Shown: in pieces, positions 59,640 through 64,000 of the stretch
Layout: each line of letters starts with the position of its first letter
Position numbering within the stretch: position 1 is the first letter of the stretch
From: Eledone cirrhosa
Taxonomy: Eukaryota
DNA length: 64,000 nucleotides
Direction: 5' to 3'
NCBI GenBank assembly: GCA_964016885.1
Contig: OZ024742.1
Span: forward strand, 346,828,001-346,892,000
Notes under the pieces: generated by a model
What the model was told of the DNA's origin: nothing
The model's database searches: none
What the model saw: the letters and a program-made list of their open reading frames with translations, nothing else
Made by a program: the position numbers and the translations under genes

Positions 59640-62600
59640 TGTAATATAAGCCTGCATTAAGATACTTGTAATATAAGCCAACATTAAGATACTTGTAATA
59701 TAAGCCTACATTAAGATACTTGTAATATAAGCCAACATTAAGATACTTGTAATATAAGCCTACATTAAGATACTTGTATTATAAGCCGACATTAAGATAC
59801 TTATAATATAAGCCTACATTAAGATACTTGTATTATAAGCCCACATTAAGATACGTGTAATATAAGCCAACATTAAGATACTTGTAATATAAGCCTACAT
59901 TAAGATACTCGTAATATAAGCCTACATTAAGATACTTGTAATATAAGCCAACATTAAGATACTTATATTATAAGCCCACATTAAGATACTTGTAATATAA
60001 TCCCACATTAAGATACTTGTAATATAATCCCACATTAAGATACTTGTAATATAAGCCCACATTAAGATACTTGTAATATAAGCCAACATTAAGATACTTG
60101 TAATATAAGCCTACATTAAGATACGTGTAATATAAGCCGACATTAAGATACTTGTAATATAAGCCTACATTAAGATACTTGTAATATAAGCCTACATTAA
60201 GATACTTTTAATATAAGCCTACATTAAGATACTTGTAATATAAGCCAACATTAAGATACATGTAATATAAGCCTACATTAAGATACTTGTAATATAAGCC
60301 TACATTAAGATACTTGTAATATAATCCCACATTAAGATACTTGTAATATAAGCCAACATTAAGATACTTGTAATATAAGTCTACATTAAGATACGTGTAT
60401 TATAAGCCTACATTAAGATACTTGTAATATAATCCCACATTAAGATACTTGTAATATAAGCCTTCATTAAGATACTTGTAATATAAGTCTACATTAAGAT
60501 ACTTGTAATATAAGCCTACATTAAGATACGTGTAATATAAGCCCACATTAAGATACTTGTAATATAAGCCTACATTAAGATACTTGTAATATAAGCCGAC
60601 ATTAAGATACTTGTAATATAAGCCTACATTAAGATACTTGTAATATAATCCCACATTAAGATACTTGTAATATAAGCCCGCATTAAGATACTTGTAATAT
60701 AAGCCGACATTAAGATACTTGTATTATAAGCCAACATTAAGAAACTTGTAATATAATCCCGCATTAAGATACTTGTAATATAATCCCACATTAAGATACG
60801 TGTAATATAAGCCTACATTAAGATACGTGTAATATAAGCCAACATTAAGATACTTGTAATATAAGCCTGCATTAAGATACTTGTAATATAAGCCTACATT
60901 AAGATACTTGTATTATAAGCCTACATTAAGATACTTGTAATATAAGCCAACATTAATATACTTGTAATATATGCCTACATTAAGATACTCGTAATATAAG
61001 CCCACATTAAGATACTTCTAATATAAGCCTACATTAAGATACTTGTGTTATAAGCCGACATTAAGATACTTGTAATATAATCCCTCTTTAAGATACTTGT
61101 AATATAATCCCACATTAAGATACTTGTAATATAAGCCAACATTAAGATACTTGTAATATAAGCCTACATTAAGATACTTGTAATATAAGCCCGCATTAAG
61201 ATACTTGTAATATAAGCCCGCATTAAGATACTTGTAATATAATCCCACATTAATATACTTATAATATAATCCCACATTAAGATACGTGTAATATAAGCCT
61301 TCATTAAGATAGGTGTAATATAAGTCAACATCAAGATACTTGTAAGATAAGCCTACATTAAGATACTTGTAATATAAGCCTACATTAAGATGCTTGTATT
61401 ATAATCCTACATTAAGATACTTGTATTATAAGCCAACATTAAGATACTTGTAATATAAGCCTACATTAAGATACTTGTATTATAAGCCTACATTAAGATA
61501 CTTGTATTATAAGCCCACATTAAGATACTTGTAATATAATCCCACATTAAGATACTTGTAATATAATCCCACATTAAGATACTTGTTATATAATCCAACA
61601 TTAAGATACTTGTATTATAAGCCTATATTAAGATACTTGTAATATAAGCCTACATTAAGATACTTGTAATATAAGCCAACATTAAGATACTTGCAATATA
61701 AGCCAACATTAAGATACTTGTAATATAAGCCGACATTAAGATACTTGTAATATAATCCCACATTAAGATACTTGTAATATAAGTCTACATTAAGATACTT
61801 GTATTATAAGCCTACATTAAGATACTTGTATTATAATCCCACATTAAGATACTTGTAATATAAGCCTACATTAAGATACTTGTATTATAAGCCCACATTA
61901 AGATACTTGTATTATAAGCCCACATTAAGATACTTGTAATATAAGCCTACATTAAAATACTTGTATTATAAGCCCACATTAAGATACGTGTAATATAAGC
62001 CAACATTAAGATACTTGTAATATAAGCCTAAATTAAGATACTCGTAATATAACCCTACATTAAGATACTTGTATTATAAGTCTACATTAAGATACTTGTA
62101 TTATAAGCCCACATTAAGATATTTTTAATATAAGCCTTCATTAAGATACTTGTAATATAAGCCTACATTAAGATACTTGTAATATAAGCCTACATTAAGG
62201 TACTTGTATTATAAGCCTACATTAAGATACTTGTATTCTAAGCCCACATTAAGATACTTGTAATATAAGCCTACATTAAGATACTTGTAATATAAGCCTA
62301 CATTAAGATACTTGTAATATAAGCCTACATTAAGATACTTGTAATATAAGCCTACATTAAGATACTTGTAATATAAGCCAACATTAAGATACTTGTAATA
62401 TAAGCCTACATTAAGATACTTGTATTATAAGCCGACATTAAGATACTTGTAATATAAGCCTACATTAAGATACTTGTATTATAAGCCCACATTAAGATAC
62501 GTGTAATATAAGCCAACATTAAGATACTTGTAATATAAGCCTACATTAAGATACTCGTAATATAAGCCTACATTAAGATACTTGTAATATAAGCCCACAT

Positions 62601-64000
62601 TAAGATACTTGTAATATAAGCCAACATTAAGATACTTGTAATATAAGCCTAGATTAAGATACTCGTAATATAAGCCTGCATTAAGATACTTGTAATATAA
62701 GCCAACATTAAGATACTTGTAATATAAGCCTACATTAAGATACTTGTAATATAAGCCAACATTAAGATACTTGTAATATAAGCCTACATTAAGATACTTG
62801 TATTATAAGCCGACATTAAGATACTTATAATATAAGCCTACATTAAGATACTTGTATTATAAGCCCACATTAAGATACGTGTAATATAAGCCAACATTAA
62901 GATACTTGTAATATAAGCCTACATTAAGATACTCGTAATATAAGCCTACATTAAGATACTTGTAATATAAGCCAACATTAAGATACTTATATTATAAGCC
63001 CACATTAAGATACTTGTAATATAATCCCACATTAAGATACTTGTAATATAATCCCACATTAAGATACTTGTAATATAAGCCCACATTAAGATACTTGTAA
63101 TATAAGCCAACATTAAGATACTTGTAATATAAGCCTACATTAAGATACGTGTAATATAAGCCGACATTAAGATACTTGTAATATAAGCCTACATTAAGAT
63201 ACTTGTAATATAAGCCTACATTAAGATACTTTTAATATAAGCCTACATTAAGATACTTGTAATATAAGCCAACATTAAGATACATGTAATATAAGCCTAC
63301 ATTAAGATACTTGTAATATAAGCCTACATTAAGATACTTGTAATATAATCCCACATTAAGATACTTGTAATATAAGCCAACATTAAGATACTTGTAATAT
63401 AAGTCTACATTAAGATACGTGTATTATAAGCCTACATTAAGATACTTGTAATATAATCCCACATTAAGATACTTGTAATATAAGCCTTCATTAAGATACT
63501 TGTAATATAAGTCTACATTAAGATACTTGTAATATAAGCCTACATTAAGATACGTGTAATATAAGCCCACATTAAGATACTTGTAATATAAGCCTACATT
63601 AAGATACTTGTAATATAAGCCGACATTAAGATACTTGTAATATAAGCCTACATTAAGATACTTGTAATATAATCCCACATTAAGATACTTGTAATATAAG
63701 CCCGCATTAAGATACTTGTAATATAAGCCGACATTAAGATACTTGTATTATAAGCCAACATTAAGAAACTTGTAATATAATCCCGCATTAAGATACTTGT
63801 AATATAATCCCACATTAAGATACGTGTAATATAAGCCTACATTAAGATACGTGTAATATAAGCCAACATTAAGATACTTGTAATATAAGCCTGCATTAAG
63901 ATACTTGTAATATAAGCCTACATTAAGATACTTGTATTATAAGCCTACATTAAGATACTTGTAATATAAGCCAACATTAATATACTTGTAATATATGCCT
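59640..64000. repeat. Duplication with 3024-bp (112-monomer) offset; second copy runs off the window end
   Basis: Identical ORFs at 60400/63424 and cctgc at 59651/62675. The aagaaact and aatatatgcc variants recur at the same offset. Confidence 0.85.

Larger units (their letters stand above)
1..64000. repeat. 27-bp tandem satellite array, ~2,370 monomers, consensus ACATTAAGATACTTGTAATATAAGCCT; runs to both window edges
   Basis: ACATT recurs every 27 bp from position 8 to 63974. The span is 63966 = 2370x27 - 24, which matches the deletions found. No non-repeat interruption or inverted monomer was seen. Confidence 0.99.

Noticed and set aside
2832-63678. Dozens of minus-strand ORFs encoding (GLYYKYLNV)n
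   Set aside because: They are a by-product of a 27-bp monomer with one stop-free frame. Starts are mostly GTG/TTG within the repeat and ends are the recurrent TAT>TAA variant. There is no unique N- or C-terminus, and frameshifts are scattered throughout.
1-64000. CRISPR array (27-bp repeat with partial dyad symmetry)
   Set aside because: Monomers abut directly with no unique spacers, the variable slot is only ~4 bp with few states, and there is no leader or cas gene.
1-64000. Promoter or transcription-factor motifs (TATAAT/TATAAG, K50-homeodomain TAATCC/TAAGCC, ACGTG)
   Set aside because: These are short motifs expected in an AT-rich repeat, with no associated gene or other support.
1-64000. 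Telomerase-synthesised long telomeric repeat or rolling-circle/sequencing concatemer artefact
   Set aside because: There is no G-rich strand. Rare variants and deletions are faithfully inherited in kilobase-scale duplications, which fits genomic array evolution rather than templated addition or random read error.
1-64000. Embedded transposon, inversion or unique island hidden in the array
   Set aside because: None was seen on reading, and the 27-bp phase is fully accounted for by 24 bp of small deletions from start to end.

Overview
The whole 64-kb window is one uninterrupted head-to-tail tandem array (satellite/minisatellite) of a 27-bp AT-rich monomer. The consensus is ACATTAAGATACTTGTAATATAAGCCT (7/27 GC) and there are about 2,370 copies, all in one orientation. 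I found no unique sequence, gene, RNA gene, mobile element or CRISPR spacer. The ORF track, (GLYYKYLNV)n, is the minus-strand translation of the 9-codon monomer and is not evidence of genes. The informative structure lies in the variants. (1) Rare variants define a patchwork of local higher-order duplications with periods of 1971, 1026, 5883 (containing an older ~2591), 1403, 864, 540, 2671, 3104 and 3024 bp, each equal to n x 27 minus the deletions it spans. (2) All 22 indel sites I located are deletions, and they account exactly for the 24-bp phase drift across the window. (3) Each monomer holds a 13-bp quasi-palindrome whose centre base is an A/T polymorphic site. (4) Several of the commonest variants fall on third codon positions of the minus-strand frame, including TAT>TAA. 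The organism and function cannot be determined from the sequence; eukaryotic satellite DNA is the most parsimonious reading. All counts were made by eye, and I cannot support a novel protein-coding system here.
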